The notes beneath the pieces are model-generated. The model was not told the DNA's origin and did not search any database. It saw only the letters and a list, made by a program, of their open reading frames with translations. The translations under genes were made by a program, and so were the position numbers. This document shows, piece by piece, positions 26,158-40,391 of a stretch of 64,000 bases of DNA. The stretch lies in the NCBI RefSeq assembly GCF_009914755.1, contig NC_060931.1; one strand, 5' to 3'. Each line of letters starts with the position of its first letter. Within the stretch, counting starts at the first letter, position 1. The DNA comes from the human T2T-CHM13v2.0 reference genome, Homo sapiens.

Positions 26158-26551
26158 GATGGAGGAAAACATCATTTTATCTGATAGTCAATAGTGTATC
26201 TCTCTTTTGAACTTGACTTCTTTTGTCTCTATTAAAAACTTTTATTGTATTTGATACATTGCAGCTGTAATAATAGGAGCTTTTTAATATGTATTAACAT
26301 AGTGATCAGAATATTTGACTCTAAAGTGGGCCATATATTTAACTTTTAATAGGACAGATATGGCTTGGCTTTAAAGGTTAGTACAATAAATTTACACTTT
26401 AAAATTTCTCATCAACATTTCCGAAGAAGATATCAAGAATACGAATATGTACTTGTGTACATTTTTTTCAGTTAAACTTATGTTGATATTTGACAATAGT
26501 TTTCATGAAACACTTGAATAATTGTGACATTTAAGTAGCAGTTACGAGACA

Positions 26552-27972
26552 AGATGGCAACACTTCCTGGGGAGACCAACCAGCTTCCTGATGGCAGGTT
26601 GATTCCACTGAATCACTTTCATTATGAAAGTGTCCACATTTTGTCCTTATTGGACAAAACTTAACTCTAGATATGGATTTTCCTTCCTTGCAGGCAATGA
26701 TTTTGCCAAAACTACCACTGGTAGACGTATAGAATGCCTTATCCACTGTCATGATATGCCATACAGCATTGCTTCTGATAAAGAAATTCACTTCACAGCA
26801 AAAAAGGTGTGGCAATGGGCTCATGCTCATGGAATTCACTAGTTTCACCAGGTCTCCAACCATCCTAAAACAGCTGCCTTAATAGAATGGTGGTTTGGCC
26901 TTTTGAAGGCTCAGTTACAGTGCTAGTTAGGTGACAATACCACTTGACCAAGTTCTCCAGAAGGCTATACATGCTCTGAATCAGCACCCAATAAATGTTT
27001 TTTTTTTTCTATAGTAAGGATTCACAGGCCCAGGAATTAAGAAGTAGAAATGAGAGTGGTACCACTCGCAATTACCCCTAGTGACCTATTAGCAAAATAT
27101 TTTTTTTGTTACCGTGACTTTGTGCTGTGCTTGCCCCAGAGGGAGCAATGCTTAATCCCAGAGGGAGGAATGCTTCCACTAGGAGACACAACAGTGATTC
27201 TATTGAACTGCAAGTTAAGACTGCCTCCTTAACACTTTGGGCAACTCATGCCTCTGAGTCAACAAGAAGGGAGTTTTGGTGTTGACTAGGGAAATTGAAC
27301 TGGACTACCAAAAGGAAATTGGCCTACTCCACAATGGAGGTAAGAATGAGCATATCTTAAATATAGAGGCTTCCTTAGGACTTCTGCTAGTATTACCATG
27401 CCTGTGATCAAGGTTAATGGAAAACTACAACAACTTCATCTGAACAGGACTACTAATGGCCCAAACTCTTCAGGAATGGTTTGGGTCACCCCACCAGGTA
27501 AAGAACCATGACCAGATAAGGTTCGTGAAGAAGCAAAGAACATACATAATGGGTAGTAGAAGAAGGTAGTTATAAACACCAGCTATGACAACAAGACCAG
27601 TTACAGAAACTAAAACTTTGTCATGAGTATTTCCTCCTTATTTTGTTATGAATATGTTTTGCTTACATATATATTAAGCAAATATCCTTGTTTTCTTTTT
27701 TCTCTTATTCTGCTATTATGTAACATAAGATATGTGACTCTATATCAGTATTTAGTATCGTTAATTTTACATCATTGTATTTGAGTTATAAAATATTAGA
27801 AGGATAAATATTACTTAAGGACTGTATCCTCTGGAAGGGATTAGTGGATTTTCCATTTTATGCAAGATAGTTGTATTACATAAGGCAGAATTATGGCCTT
27901 GTTATTGTCTTTATTTGGAAACTAAGTACGGTTAAAGGACATGCATATGGGTGCCCAGGAGACAAGGGTGAA
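26552..27972 (+). mobile_element. ERVL internal fragment (degenerate integrase-dUTPase-3' region)
   Basis: ORF remnant ECLIHCHDMPYSIASDKEIHFTAKKVWQWAHAHGIH (integrase core) and PEGGMLPLGDTTVILLNCKLRLPP (dUTPase-like), with many stops and frameshifts. Confidence 0.88.
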
Positions 27973-27973
27973 T

Positions 27974-28135
27974 TGTGATGGTGAATGTTATATATCAACT
28001 TGACTCAGCTAAGGAATGGCCAGATAGCTGGTAAAACATTATTAACGGGTATGTTGATGAGGGTGTTGCTGGAAGACATTAACATTTGAATCAGTAAAAA
28101 GAGTAAAGAAGACTGCCTTCATCAATGTGTGTAGG
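27974..28135 (+). mobile_element. MLT2 LTR, 5' half
   Basis: tgtgatggtgaatgttatatatcaacttgact...agatagctggtaaaacatt...atttgaatcagta...gagtaaagaaga, preceded by purine-rich gacaagggtgaat. Confidence 0.82.
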
Positions 28136-30117
28136 TTTGAAATAATACAGTTTATAGGAGGATGTGTTAAGCACAAATGCCCACAATTGTTTTCTTAACA
28201 TGATAGGTTTTAACAATTATATGACCTGCAAATAACACTAACCATATGCCATAAAAGACATTATATTTTTAGTCAAAATATGTCTAGGCCAGAGTTATTA
28301 AATAAAATAAAAATCATTCTATATTTCTTGAAGACAAGTATTACTGATTTATCTGAGAGATAATTTACATATAAAGCACGTATATTCCACTACTATGTTT
28401 AGTGCAAATAAAAATTATGAAATCAATTTAATAATTTATTTCTATAGTGAAAATCCCAGGGTAAAAATCAACAAATATACTTTGAAAGATAAAATGTATT
28501 TCTATACATTTGTGAAACAGGGACCAGTGCTTACTTCAGTAGGCAATAAAGCATACACAGATTATTACACTCACCAGCATTTGGTTATATTGGTTCTTGT
28601 TTGAAATAAGTGACAACTGTTTATCAAAACATATTTTTCTGGTTCAACTTTTCCCATATAGACTTCATAATTTTATTTTAAGTACATATAAATTATATAT
28701 AAATGATTACCAAAACATTTCAGGTTTGTATGTTAGGTTTAATTACTAAACACTAATCTAGCTGTGCAAGAAAATTGTTAATCATCTAATAATTCAAGTA
28801 AAATAAAACTAGATAAATTCCCACTGGAAGATCTAATGAGGTGCTCAGTCATAAAGGTATAGACAGATTTTAAAAGTATAGGCAGATTCCTCTCCCGAGA
28901 AAACTTGTTGGATTTCTAGGAAGACAAGATTTACACATATATACAAGAATATATATAGTCTTCTGTAATTCATAAATTGAGGGAGGGAGGAGAGTATAAA
29001 GAGCCAGAAAGAGAGAAATAGAGACTTTACATGTTAGAGTGGCCTGCAAAAGGTGTATGGGAAGATAAAACAACACAAATTAGAAAAGCGTTTGAAATTT
29101 CATTTGGAGAGGATGCTTGTGTGTTGTTTGAGGCAGAAAGTTAGGTAAGAATTATCAGTTGATTGTATTTTAGGATTGAAAAAGTAGTTATTGGTGGCCA
29201 TGCAGTCCATGCCCCTGGGAGTAGGAGATGTTGTTGTATTTGACAGAATTAGAAATATCAAAAAGGATCTAGCTAGAGAGGAAAGTGGTGAGTGCTTATG
29301 TATTATGTATTTAATACATACAATTCAAGTGGATGGTTGCATATTGAATATATTCCTTTATTTGATGAGTTGGAATTTGCATTAGAAGTAAGGATAAAAT
29401 TAAGGCTTGATTGTCAAATGATGATTAAGACTATGATTTTAAATAAGCTTTCTGAGATGGCACAGAGTGACAGTACAAAAATAATGCTCCTCCTGGAGGT
29501 AGTCTCACTCTCAGGAAGAAAGAAAAGGATGAAACCTCATAAGGAAGGTTTGTCAGAGAAATGATTAGAGAAGCAAGGAGCAAGCAAGCACAATATCCAG
29601 AAAGCCACGAGGAGAGAAAAATTCTGGAAATGGGTAATGAAGAGATTCAAGTAGAGATATTGTGGAAGATAATATTTGGGAAAGGCCTCAGGGAAGGATG
29701 TGGATAACAGTATAGAGAATGTTTCATTAGAGCAGCAGAGGACCCAGAAAACAGCAAGAAAAGAGAAGATAGATGCAGGGCTTATCAGAAATCTAGATAC
29801 GAACAGGAAAAAAAGTAATGCAGCTATCTAAAAGAGAACCAACGACAATGAAAATGTTTTTGCTATTGTTTATTTGCTTTGTCTTAAGAAATAATGCTTA
29901 AGATAATTAAGTTGAAGAAAAGAAAGTGATTATGTTGTCATCACTTGGTACATGTCTGGGCTCAGTATATATTGAGTGGATAATTGAGAAATAGTTGGAA
30001 ATGGCAAAAATTATGAAAACGGTTATATTTTTGGAAGTTACAGAGGGTGAATACAAGTGGAGAATTTCCTTTAAATGAAAAGAGAGAGAGAGAGACATGC
30101 TACTTTAAAAATAATGT

Positions 30118-30460
<343 letters not shown>

Positions 30461-31544
30461 TTATAGAGTTTTGAAAAAATTATCACTTTGGTATTAAATA
30501 ATAATATGTTGCTTGGCAGTCTTGGTTTCTCTGATCCATGTATATTTCTCTTTTTGACCTTACTATTTTAAAGATGCTTGAATTTGGTACATATAGCATT
30601 CTCCTTATGTATCTGTAATTAAATCTAAAATAAATAATAAAATCAATAATACATAACCCAATAGCTAAATTTTCTGCTATGTAATTCTGTAATAGAAATA
30701 TGCACATCAAGTTTCTGACCAATAAGAACTTGGTAAAGAAAGCTAACTAAATATTTATCTCATTAGGATTTCAGGAAATTGTTACACATCCAATTTTAGG
30801 TACATATCAGAATACAGTGCTAAGCACTACAAGTCATGAATTTTACAAAAGATTTACTCTTTCATACAAATATGTAATTTACTTTGTTAACTTTAAACCA
30901 CTTCAGCATCTTTCTAAGAATGTATTCATTTGGAATTGACCAGTGAGTTCTGTCAAGCAACATTCATATTTGTTCAAACATTAGGACAATGCATTTTCCC
31001 AATATTATCTTACAGGAAACAGGATGCCATAGTTTGAATCATTGAATCTTTACATAGTCTGATATGGCTCATTCTCTCAGTTACTTTATTTTTAGCTTTA
31101 AACCACTATTCAGAGAGACATGTTAATCTGAAACAATGTCAATTAATGCTTTTAATGTTTATGATTATTATACATTTATGATTAAAAAGGAGAAACAAAT
31201 TTTAATAAATTTTTAAAAATTTTCCCCAGGAAATTACCTCAGAATAACAAGTGTTAGTTTAGGATGCTGTAAAGAAATCTTATAAAGATTACTTAAAAAT
31301 AGGGAATGGTGAAGTTGAGAGATCAAGCATATATAAATTTCAGGAAAAACGAAATGTTAATATTTTGTAAATTGGTATAAGAATTGAGACAAAATATTGA
31401 GTGAGATAATTATGCAGCTCTGTGTCTCTTTTAAAAGGAGGTGAGGTTTATGTACTCTTGAAAACTGCCTTGGAAGACTCAAGACATGACTCCAGTATGG
31501 ACCGTGAATGAATCAACTGATGTTGAAGATGCATATTAAGGGAG

Positions 31545-31890
31545 TAAATTGTTTCCTATGACTTCTATAACAAATGACAGCAAACTGTGTAACTTAATAG
31601 GATTTGATTCTGTGACAGTTCTTGAGGCTAGAAGTCTGAAATCAAGGTGTTGGCAGAGTCATGCTCCCTTTGTTGGCAGAGGGGAAATATCCTTGGTTGC
31701 GTCTTCCTGGCTTCTGGGGGTTGCTAGAAATCCCTGGTGTTCTTTGATAGCAGCTACATCCCCCTGCCTCCATGGTTACATAGCCTTGATTACTGTGTTT
31801 CTCTTCTTATAACGACACCAGTCATACTGAATTTAGAGCCCACTCTAATCTTATATGGCCTCAACTTAACTAATTATCTCTGTAAATACA
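31545..31890 (-). mobile_element. MaLR LTR (MLT1A-C-like)
   Basis: gaggctagaagtctgaaatcaaggtgttggcag...cttataacgacaccagtcatactgaatttagagcccact. Confidence 0.75.
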
Positions 31891-33574
31891 ATATAAAGCT
31901 ATGAAAACTAATATATGAGAAGGAATCAATAGAACACCAATGAAGCATGCTATACCTACTTCATCAACTGAAGGTAATGAAAATTCCTATGGAAGGAAAA
32001 TTACTACTATAATGAAAATTACATGAGAAATTGAAAGCCAAGGGACTGAGGTCATTGAAAACCCTGACCAATGTTTTACAACCTTTGAAATAAAAATCTA
32101 ACTATAATACATGATATAGGAGGATTCTCCACTAGAGTTCACACACTTAAAGTAAGTAAAATAGATACAAGGCATTTGACTTTTATTCACCACACCTGCT
32201 CAATAGGAAAATTTCAGGGTCTGCCGCTGCTGGAATTTCTATGAGATTTTTAAAAAATGTATTTGCTTTGGGCATAAAATCTTCAGATTTAACAAGTTAT
32301 AATTATTTACACTCACTTTATGCGCAGAATAATTTGAAAGCTTGAGTAACTTTTTTAGTGCAGAATTTGCTCTGCCCAAGTTAAGTTCCTGCCCCAAAAC
32401 CAGGGTTAATCAGCCAATGTTTCACATTCAGTTTAGTCCATTCTTACTGAGACATACACAGGTAGTTCTAACAAACAGTTTATTCTAGAATCTTCCATTT
32501 CTCTTAGCCATAAAATTCTACCATTTGTCAAATTTTAGAAAGTTCATCTCGTAAATATATCTTGGCTCTTTCTTTTTTCTGTTCATAGTTATCTCTATAG
32601 CTGAGTCTGTAAAATAACTTCTATATTCTTTTGTTTCTAGCTTAGGATTCTTCAAATCCAACCTACATGTTACTACCAGAAGAATAAAACCCAAATCTGG
32701 TTATGATTTCTTATACATATATAAAATGCACACACACTGCCTGGCATATATAAAGATCCTACTTTAAGGTAGCAGAATGTTTCTGTCTTTTAAAATCCAC
32801 TTCCTAAATTGCTGCAATGCCTCCTCAATACCTTGACAATGAAAATTCTTTGCCTGATGAATTGATTGGGTGAATTCACTGCTAAGAAACCCAGACTCAA
32901 AGTGGCTTAACAAGAAGAACATTTTAAATCTCACCTCACATGAAGCTTAGAACAAGCGTTGGGTTCTAGTTTCTAATACCTCAAGTTTCCAGCCCTGCTT
33001 CTCAGGTTTACTTGACTCTGCCTGTAACCCAGTATCAGCTAATTATTCTCAGTCTGGCTTCTCTTATGGAGCAGCAACCATGAAACATACCTCTCACCAT
33101 CCATCTGGTTGCAGAAAAGATTTTTCTCTTTTCCATGGAGTTGAAGAAAGTTTCTCCTTGATTTAAATTTGCTTAGATTCATCTACTCCTGAGCCAATCA
33201 TAAAAGAAGGAATAAAATTACTATGATAGTTTTATTAATATCTGGAGAATAATTATCTAGTACATAATGAATATTGAAGAGTCAATTGCATATTTCATGT
33301 AACATATTCGATTTTTGCATGTTATTACTCCAGATTTGCCTACACATATTCTAAATACTAATCACAACAACCACTTCCTGTTCCTTAAATGTGTCATGTT
33401 CTTCCTCCCCTTTAGTCATTATTTCCTTTTTGCCAAGAATGACCTTCACCATGTCTTCATCTGACTGATCTCAAGCATTCTTGAAAGCTTAGTTTAAGCA
33501 TCACCTTTCCTAGATATATTGCCCTGTTTCTACCAGATGGAATCAAGAGCGCCTTTCTTATCATCTTGCTTGCC

Positions 33575-33765
33575 TCAAGCACAGTCCTTCTCAACCTCCT
33601 GAAAATTAGGATTACCCCGTAGACCATTTCAAAATTCTGATGCCCTGGAACCGCATCCAAACATCTGATTCAACTGGTTTGCAGAAGAGCCTGGATGTGA
33701 GATTTATTTGCTTTTAACTTCTCAGCTGGTTCTAATGGGAAGTCAAGATTTAGAACCCTGCTCTC
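33575..33765. mobile_element. MER5-type hAT DNA transposon, within L2-like sequence
   Basis: cagtccttctcaacct...tctgatgccctgg...ggttctaat...tttagaaccctgctct. Confidence 0.6.
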
Positions 33766-35502
33766 GATCACTTGCCATATCCAATTATTAGGAAACATTT
33801 CTCTTTCTCCTCTACTAGGGTTTTAGTTTTTGAGGATATGACTATGTTTTTTTCCTTGGTAGCCTAAGTACCTAAAAGAACGTCTGATATAATGTTGGTG
33901 CTCAAAAGTTTGTTGATTGAAAATAAACACTGAGTTTCAAAAGACAGTTTTTTAAAATTCAATTTAACAGTTGTAAGCTAAATGTCTTCTGTGTACTAAA
34001 CTCTATATAAGCTGTTGGTATACATGGTGGATAATGTACAGTCAGGTTTTAGTACAATTAATTTTCAGTTAGGTGCTAACAAGTTGGCAATTATGATCAC
34101 AGTGTTAGTAGCATCAGGCCACTACATCTTAAATTACTCTTCCAGAACTGCGACCTTCAATCTAATACAGCAAGTCATTATTTCCTTAAATAATATTCCA
34201 TTATCTTAAGTAATAGGTTGCATAATTAAAAAAAAGTTAGGTCTTACAAGTATGTACTTCTGAGTATGTAAAGTCTAACTACAAATAAGTCCATCCTTTT
34301 TCTTTTATCCAAATATTTAATTTTTTTTTGTTTTTACCTAGGTTCCAAACAAAATCTAAAAGGTTTTGCATTGATTTAATATCCAGTGAAAGGCAGGTGT
34401 TCACTAAATGGAATGAGAAAAAATAAAAGCAGCCTAACTGCAGAAGTGTCTTTGAACCACAAATTTAAATTTTTAGTGGTTTTACAATCTTTTCAAGCTG
34501 TCAACGGAAAAACATGGCTTGACATTGAACACATACCAAGTCAGTAGCATAACTATTTTATAATGTCTGATTGGTCACTGAAAAAAACAGTTTAAAATTC
34601 AATCCATGTGATACAAATGCCACTTAGAAAAAGACCATTCATCCTGCAGTGCTGTAGGAAACCTGTGGTATAACAGTTCCCATTTCATCCAGCAGCAGAA
34701 GGGGTTTTAAAGAATTACAAATGGAATGGTTCCTAGAATCCTACATGTTGGGTATTATTAATATAAATTTTATCATCACAAAATTCACTATTAGAAGAAA
34801 AAAACATAATATTATTTTTTCACTCTCATGCATTAAAAAACTTCATTTTAAATGACGATTTTTAGGTTTATTTATGGGAATCCTTTGGGAATGTCCATTC
34901 CTAATTTCATTAGGTCATTCATTCATTAACTGAAATATGTTGAACACTTGCTATATTGTTTCTCATAGTGGAAAGGGTTGGCCTAGTCATCTGTCCAACT
35001 GGCATTTATATTAGTCATGAATTTTGTATTCTATTTGGAAAGTCTGTGTGTAGCTATTAATGGTTAGAGATTGCAGAATTACAGATTACCTGAAACAGAA
35101 CTGGTTGTTTCAAAGCGTTTATAAGCCATATAACAAAACCTAAGTAATCAAAATAAAGCAAATGGTGAATTTTTTTAGATTAGAAACTATTCTGGAAAAT
35201 TATGAAAAGCGAAGTGGACTTCATCCACATTTGGAAATCAGATTTGTCGCACATATCTCAGTATCAGACAAGTTTTGAGGACTGTAAATTTTGAATTTCT
35301 AAACTTCTGCTAACTTCAGCTAAATTTGAATTGTCTAATTTTGAGAAATCCAAACTCAGTGATTTTCTCGTATGCCTATTTGTCGATCTTACTTGTAGAC
35401 TTTTCATTATTAATTAGCAGTTTCAAAGGGTAGAGACAAGGGGGAAAAAGCATGGACAAGAAAAGACAGCAGGGACAAGAAAAAAAGCATTACACAAATT
35501 AA

Positions 35503-35632
35503 CCCATTTATGCCTGAGGTTGCAGTTTCTTGAATTTTTGCAATCAGGCTTTGGCGATGATCTTGAGCAGTAAGATATAAATAACTCCCACATGCTTAGC
35601 ATTCCAATAATGGAACAATAGGCATAAATTGG
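35503..35632. mobile_element. MER85 piggyBac MITE (non-autonomous PGBD3 derivative)
   Basis: TTAA (35499-35502) plus TIR CCCATTTATGCCT at one end and AGGCATAAATTGG at the other. Internal palindrome ATTCCAATAATGGAAC at 35601-35616. About 130 bp. Confidence 0.9.
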
Positions 35633-36084
35633 ACAGAATTTGCCCAATCTTGGTTATCACCTCTAAAAAATGATTTAATAGAAAATAAGTTTGAAATTAG
35701 TGTGAAAGCTTCAGATAATATGTGAATTGCAAGATCTGCTTTATTCCTTTCCCCCAATCATTGCTAAAAGTTAAGAATTAGTCCTACATGTAATGGTATG
35801 AAATTCATTCATGTTCTCATCTGTAAAGTAAAAGTTAAGCATTATAATTGACTTTAATAGTTATTATGGTGACGACTAATAAAAATTCCTGCAAGTATTG
35901 ACAAGCCTTCAAGGATATAGCAGTTACGAGTTGCTAGCTAAAAAGTACTTTGAGACCTGGGCAGGAAGGTGCTTTATGGCTACTTTATTTTTTTAATGTA
36001 ATTTGATTTACTTCATTCCTTAAGAGAAAACATTTTATTAAGGCTTTTCGTTCGTGTGTTTTTTAGTTGTTTTTTTGTTTTTGC

Positions 36085-37450
36085 AATAGACTTTATCTTT
36101 TAGAGCAATTTTAAGTTCCCAACAAATTTGATGAGAAAGTATAGAAAATTCCTGTATTCTCCTTCCCCACACCTCCAGATACAGCCTCCTCCACTACTAA
36201 ACATCCAGCATGAGAGTGGTACGTTTGTTACACAATAAACCTACATTGATACAGTATTTTCACCAAAGTCTTACTTTACATTTGGATTCACTCTCCGTGT
36301 TTTATATTCTAAAGGTTTAGATAAATGTATAATGACAGGTATCCATCATACAGAATAGTTTCACTGCCCTAGCATACCTCTGTGTTCTGCTTATTCATCC
36401 CTTATTTTATCCAAATCCCAGACAATCACTGATCTTTTTACTGGCCCCATAGTTTTGCTTTTTACAGAATGTTATATTGTTGGAATTATGCAGTATGTAG
36501 CCTTGAAAAATTGGCTTATTCCACTTAGTAATATGCATTTAAGTTTCCTCCATATCTTTTCATGACTCAATAGCTCATTTCTTTTCAGGGCTAAATAATA
36601 TTCCATTGTCTGGCTGTACCACAGTTTATTTATCTGTTCATGTACTCAAGGATACTGGTTTGCTTTCAAGCTTTGGCAATTATGAATAAAGCTTCTATAA
36701 ACATTTGTGGTTTTTAGCGTCTTCAGGTAGATATCAAAGAGTGTGATAGCTGGGTCATATGATAAGAGTAAGTTTAGCTTTGTCAGAAACTGCCAAACTA
36801 TATTTCAAAGTTTCTGTAGTATTTTGCATTCCCACCAGCAAGGAATGAAAGTTTCTGTTGCTCCATATTCCCTCCATCATTCAATATTGTCAGTGTTTTG
36901 GATTTGGGCAATTTTAGTAGGTGTGTCAAAATATCTCATAGTTGTTTTAATTTGTACTTCCCCAGTGTCATGAGATGTAGTACATCTTTTAATATGCTAT
37001 TTTAATTTGTGTATCTTCTTTGGTGAAGTGTTCAGAACTTTGGCTTATTTATTAAATTAGGTTGTTCATTTTCTTATTGTTGAGTTGTAAGAGTTATTTT
37101 TGTATTTTGGATAACAGTCCATCAGTTAAGTCTTGGACAAATGTTTTCTCCCAATCTGTGGTTATCTTTTCCTTCTCTTGACAGTATGTTTCACAGAATA
37201 GAAGTTTTTTATTTTAATAGAGCCCTGTTTATCAGTTCTTTCTTTCATAGATCTTGCCTTTGGTGTTGTATTTAAAAAGTTGTGATCATGCCCAAGATCA
37301 TCTAGAAGTTCTATGTTATTTGCTAGTAGTTTTATAGTTTTGTATTTTAAATGTATGTCAGTGGTCAGTTTTGAGTTAACTTTTGTGAAGGGTATAAGGT
37401 CTCATTCTAAATTCTTTTTTTTTTTTTTTTTTTTTGCATGTGACTGTCCA
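36085..37450 (-). mobile_element. L1 (L1MC/L1MB-like) 3' portion
   Basis: agactttatcttttagagcaattttaagttc...ttccattgtctggctgtaccacagtttattt...ttgcattcccaccagca. Confidence 0.85.
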
Positions 37451-37489
37451 GACATAGTAAGGTGGAACTTTTTTGTTTTGGGTGTTTTT

Positions 37490-37597
37490 GTTCATTAGTT
37501 TATTTTAGAGAGATGAGGTCTTACTTTGTTGTGCAGGCTGGGCTCCACGGATTCCCAAATAGCTGGACTACAGGCACGAACTCTGGTGCCCAGCTTA
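37490..37597 (-). mobile_element. Truncated Alu/FRAM fragment
   Basis: agagatgaggtcttactttgttgtgcaggctgg...tagctggactacaggca. Confidence 0.6.
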
Positions 37598-39334
37598 GTA
37601 CTAAAGTTTTAAGCTTTGTTGGTTTGGCCTGTCTTTTTGTGATTAAGAACTTTATAAATTATATTATATTTATTTTAGAAATGTAATGCAAATGCAAATT
37701 TAACCTTAGCTGTAACTACTAAGGCCAAATAATCAAGAATTATAGGTACCACAATGTCTATGAAAAGAAAACCCTATATAAAGGCATTTGATAAGCATAC
37801 AAAACTTTCACAAAAGTCAAAAGAAAACACACTGAAAACATTTCCCTATCACATTTTAAATTATATCTTACAGGAATTTTATTGAATAGTAATTTTACTA
37901 TTGACTCAGGTAGTATTAGTGATTAATTATTAGACAAATATATACCTAAACCTAAATTTAAAAATGATGTCTCTAAACAGAATGGCATAATTTCCATAAT
38001 AAAATCCAAGTCATTGCTTTTATGAAATGATGAGAGAAAGGAGGAGAAGGAGGGAAGATAAACATCAAACATGTTCAGCCTCTAATTTTAACAATGTCTG
38101 TATCAGTCACTGTATACTCACTAAAAACACTACTGCCAAAATATTCTAAATCTAGGGGCTTACTTTAGAAGGTTACTATGTATCGTTTCAATGTAAAAAA
38201 TACCCACTTATCTTAAAAGGAAGTGTGATGGGAAGAGCTTTTAAGAGTTATTGTTTGATACTGTGATAGGCAAATAATGTCCTTTTCACTGTGCATTCTT
38301 AGGATGGAAAGTCAAGATTTGTGGCATGTGTGTGCATGTGTGCATACATACGCTTTTTTAGGTATGCGTATGATGGGAGGTGAGTAGATAATTTTTCTCC
38401 AGGATTTTAAAAGCTGCGTATTTACATCTCTTCCTAAATCAAGCACAACAAGAAGGTGTTAAAAGTGGTGAAATATAATAATTAACGAGGGGAATGGAAA
38501 TCAAATGACAATAAAATTACATCATACACAGACGAGAGTTAAGTACTTGTGTAGAGGAATTAAACCGATTAAGGTTTTCCTGCATATAGCTCCATACACA
38601 CATTACTTCCATAACTTTAAATAATATATTTTGTTTTTTTGTCCTGGGTGTATTATTGAAATAAGTACATTCCCTCTTACTCGTTCTTCTCAACCCCAGA
38701 TCCATTTTCCAATCCCCCACTGATCCCATGTCAGCATGCTCTGTTTTTGACTAGACAAATAATACACAGATTTATTTCTACAGGAAAAACCTCTGGTAAA
38801 GTCATGGAGTGCCTACTTGAACGATATTCAAAAGGTAACTGCATGCTTTTGCTGGCCAGAAATAACTCACAGCAAATGAATTCACAGAGCAGTCAATGGA
38901 ATTCTGTAACCCTCTTAGGGGAGCCATTGTACTATAAGAGAAACTTGAAGCAGTGAAGCAGCCTTTATATCTATATATATCTGTATATAGCTATATACAC
39001 ATAATACAGTGTATGTGTGTGTTCATATACATACACACATACATGCATACATATGTATGTACACACATACATACTGTATTATGTACGATAGAAATTATGG
39101 TAAGAATAAGTTAGACTATTGATCTGTGACAAATTTCCACTTGAAGTCATATGGTGTTGGCTTAATATTCCTTTCATTTACATTGTATTATTGTGATAAT
39201 TTATTTAGAATGATTTTTATTTATTACTGTTGCAAGACTAGCAGTAGATTGAATGGCAGTAATTCTAAGACAAGAATAGACTGACGTTACTTCTTAGATG
39301 TAAATCTACAGATTGAAAGATTGGTACTATGAGA

Positions 39335-39649
39335 TTTTTTGTTTTGTTTTGTTTTGTTTTTGTTTTGAGATGAAGTCTTAATCCGTCACCCAGACTGGAG
39401 TGCAGTGGTGTGATCTCGGTTCACTGCAAACTCTGCCTCCTGGGTTCAAGCAATTCTCCTGCCTCAGTCTCCCCTAGTAGCTGGGATTACAGGCATGTGC
39501 CATCACACCCAGCTAGTTTTTGTATTTTAGTAGAGACGGGGTTTCACCATGTTGGCCAGGGTAGCCTCGAACTCCTGGCCTCAAGCAATCCACCCACCTC
39601 AGCCTCCCAAAGTGCTGGGATTACAGGTCCTGAACCACTGCACCTGGCC
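39335..39649 (-). mobile_element. Alu with (GTTTT)n tail
   Basis: Antisense Alu dimer ending CCTGGCC. Confidence 0.94.
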
Positions 39650-39692
39650 CAAGATTTGTATTTCTTAAACTGAATTCCAGAATTTATTTGAG

Positions 39693-39697
<5 letters not shown>

Positions 39698-39731
<34 letters not shown>

Positions 39732-39736
39732 ACACA
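39698..39736. repeat. (CA)n microsatellite
   Basis: Direct reading. Confidence 0.95.
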
Positions 39737-40391
39737 CTTTCAGTGCATGAATAGCATTCTGTATTACTGGGATTAACTATAAGAGTTCATTTAACAAATT
39801 TCTTTTACAGAAGTCAGTTTAGAATTGGGGACAGTGTTAGGGCTGAAAGTATGGAAAAGTAAAGACGGAAATAAAATTTTTTAGAAATAAAACTCAAATT
39901 TATGACATGGGAGAAATCATGAATTTTTCAAGTTAACAATGTTTGGCTATTGTTATATATATCATGGTTTAGCCAATCTGCACATCCATTGTTTTATGTT
40001 GACATGTCGTGTTACAAGTTTTGTGTTATTCTTGGCAGCTAGCACACTTCTGAAACTTTTGGTGACCATTCTGGCAGAGTATCTAATGCATCTGAAAACA
40101 AACAAACAAACAAAAGTAATTATTTGAAGGAAATCAAGGCACAATTAAAAGTGGAGACACATTGTCAGTTTGCATCAATCTAACTTAAATATGTCTCCTA
40201 AATCTAAATGTCACTAAGAATTACTAGTTTTTTGGGGTTTATTTTTTTTTTCAGCCTAGGAATTTGGAAAATCTTCCCTCCTTCCAAAATGATATTTCAG
40301 GGGATTTCCAGACCTTTCCCCCCTATTACATTTGATTGCTTTCTATCTCATTATTTCAAAATCTGATGTTTTCTAGAATATCTACACACTT

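Noticed and set aside
26531-27232. Integrase- and dUTPase-like ORFs as a domesticated gene
   Set aside because: Fragmented by stops and frameshifts with altered catalytic-region residues; an ordinary ERVL relic.
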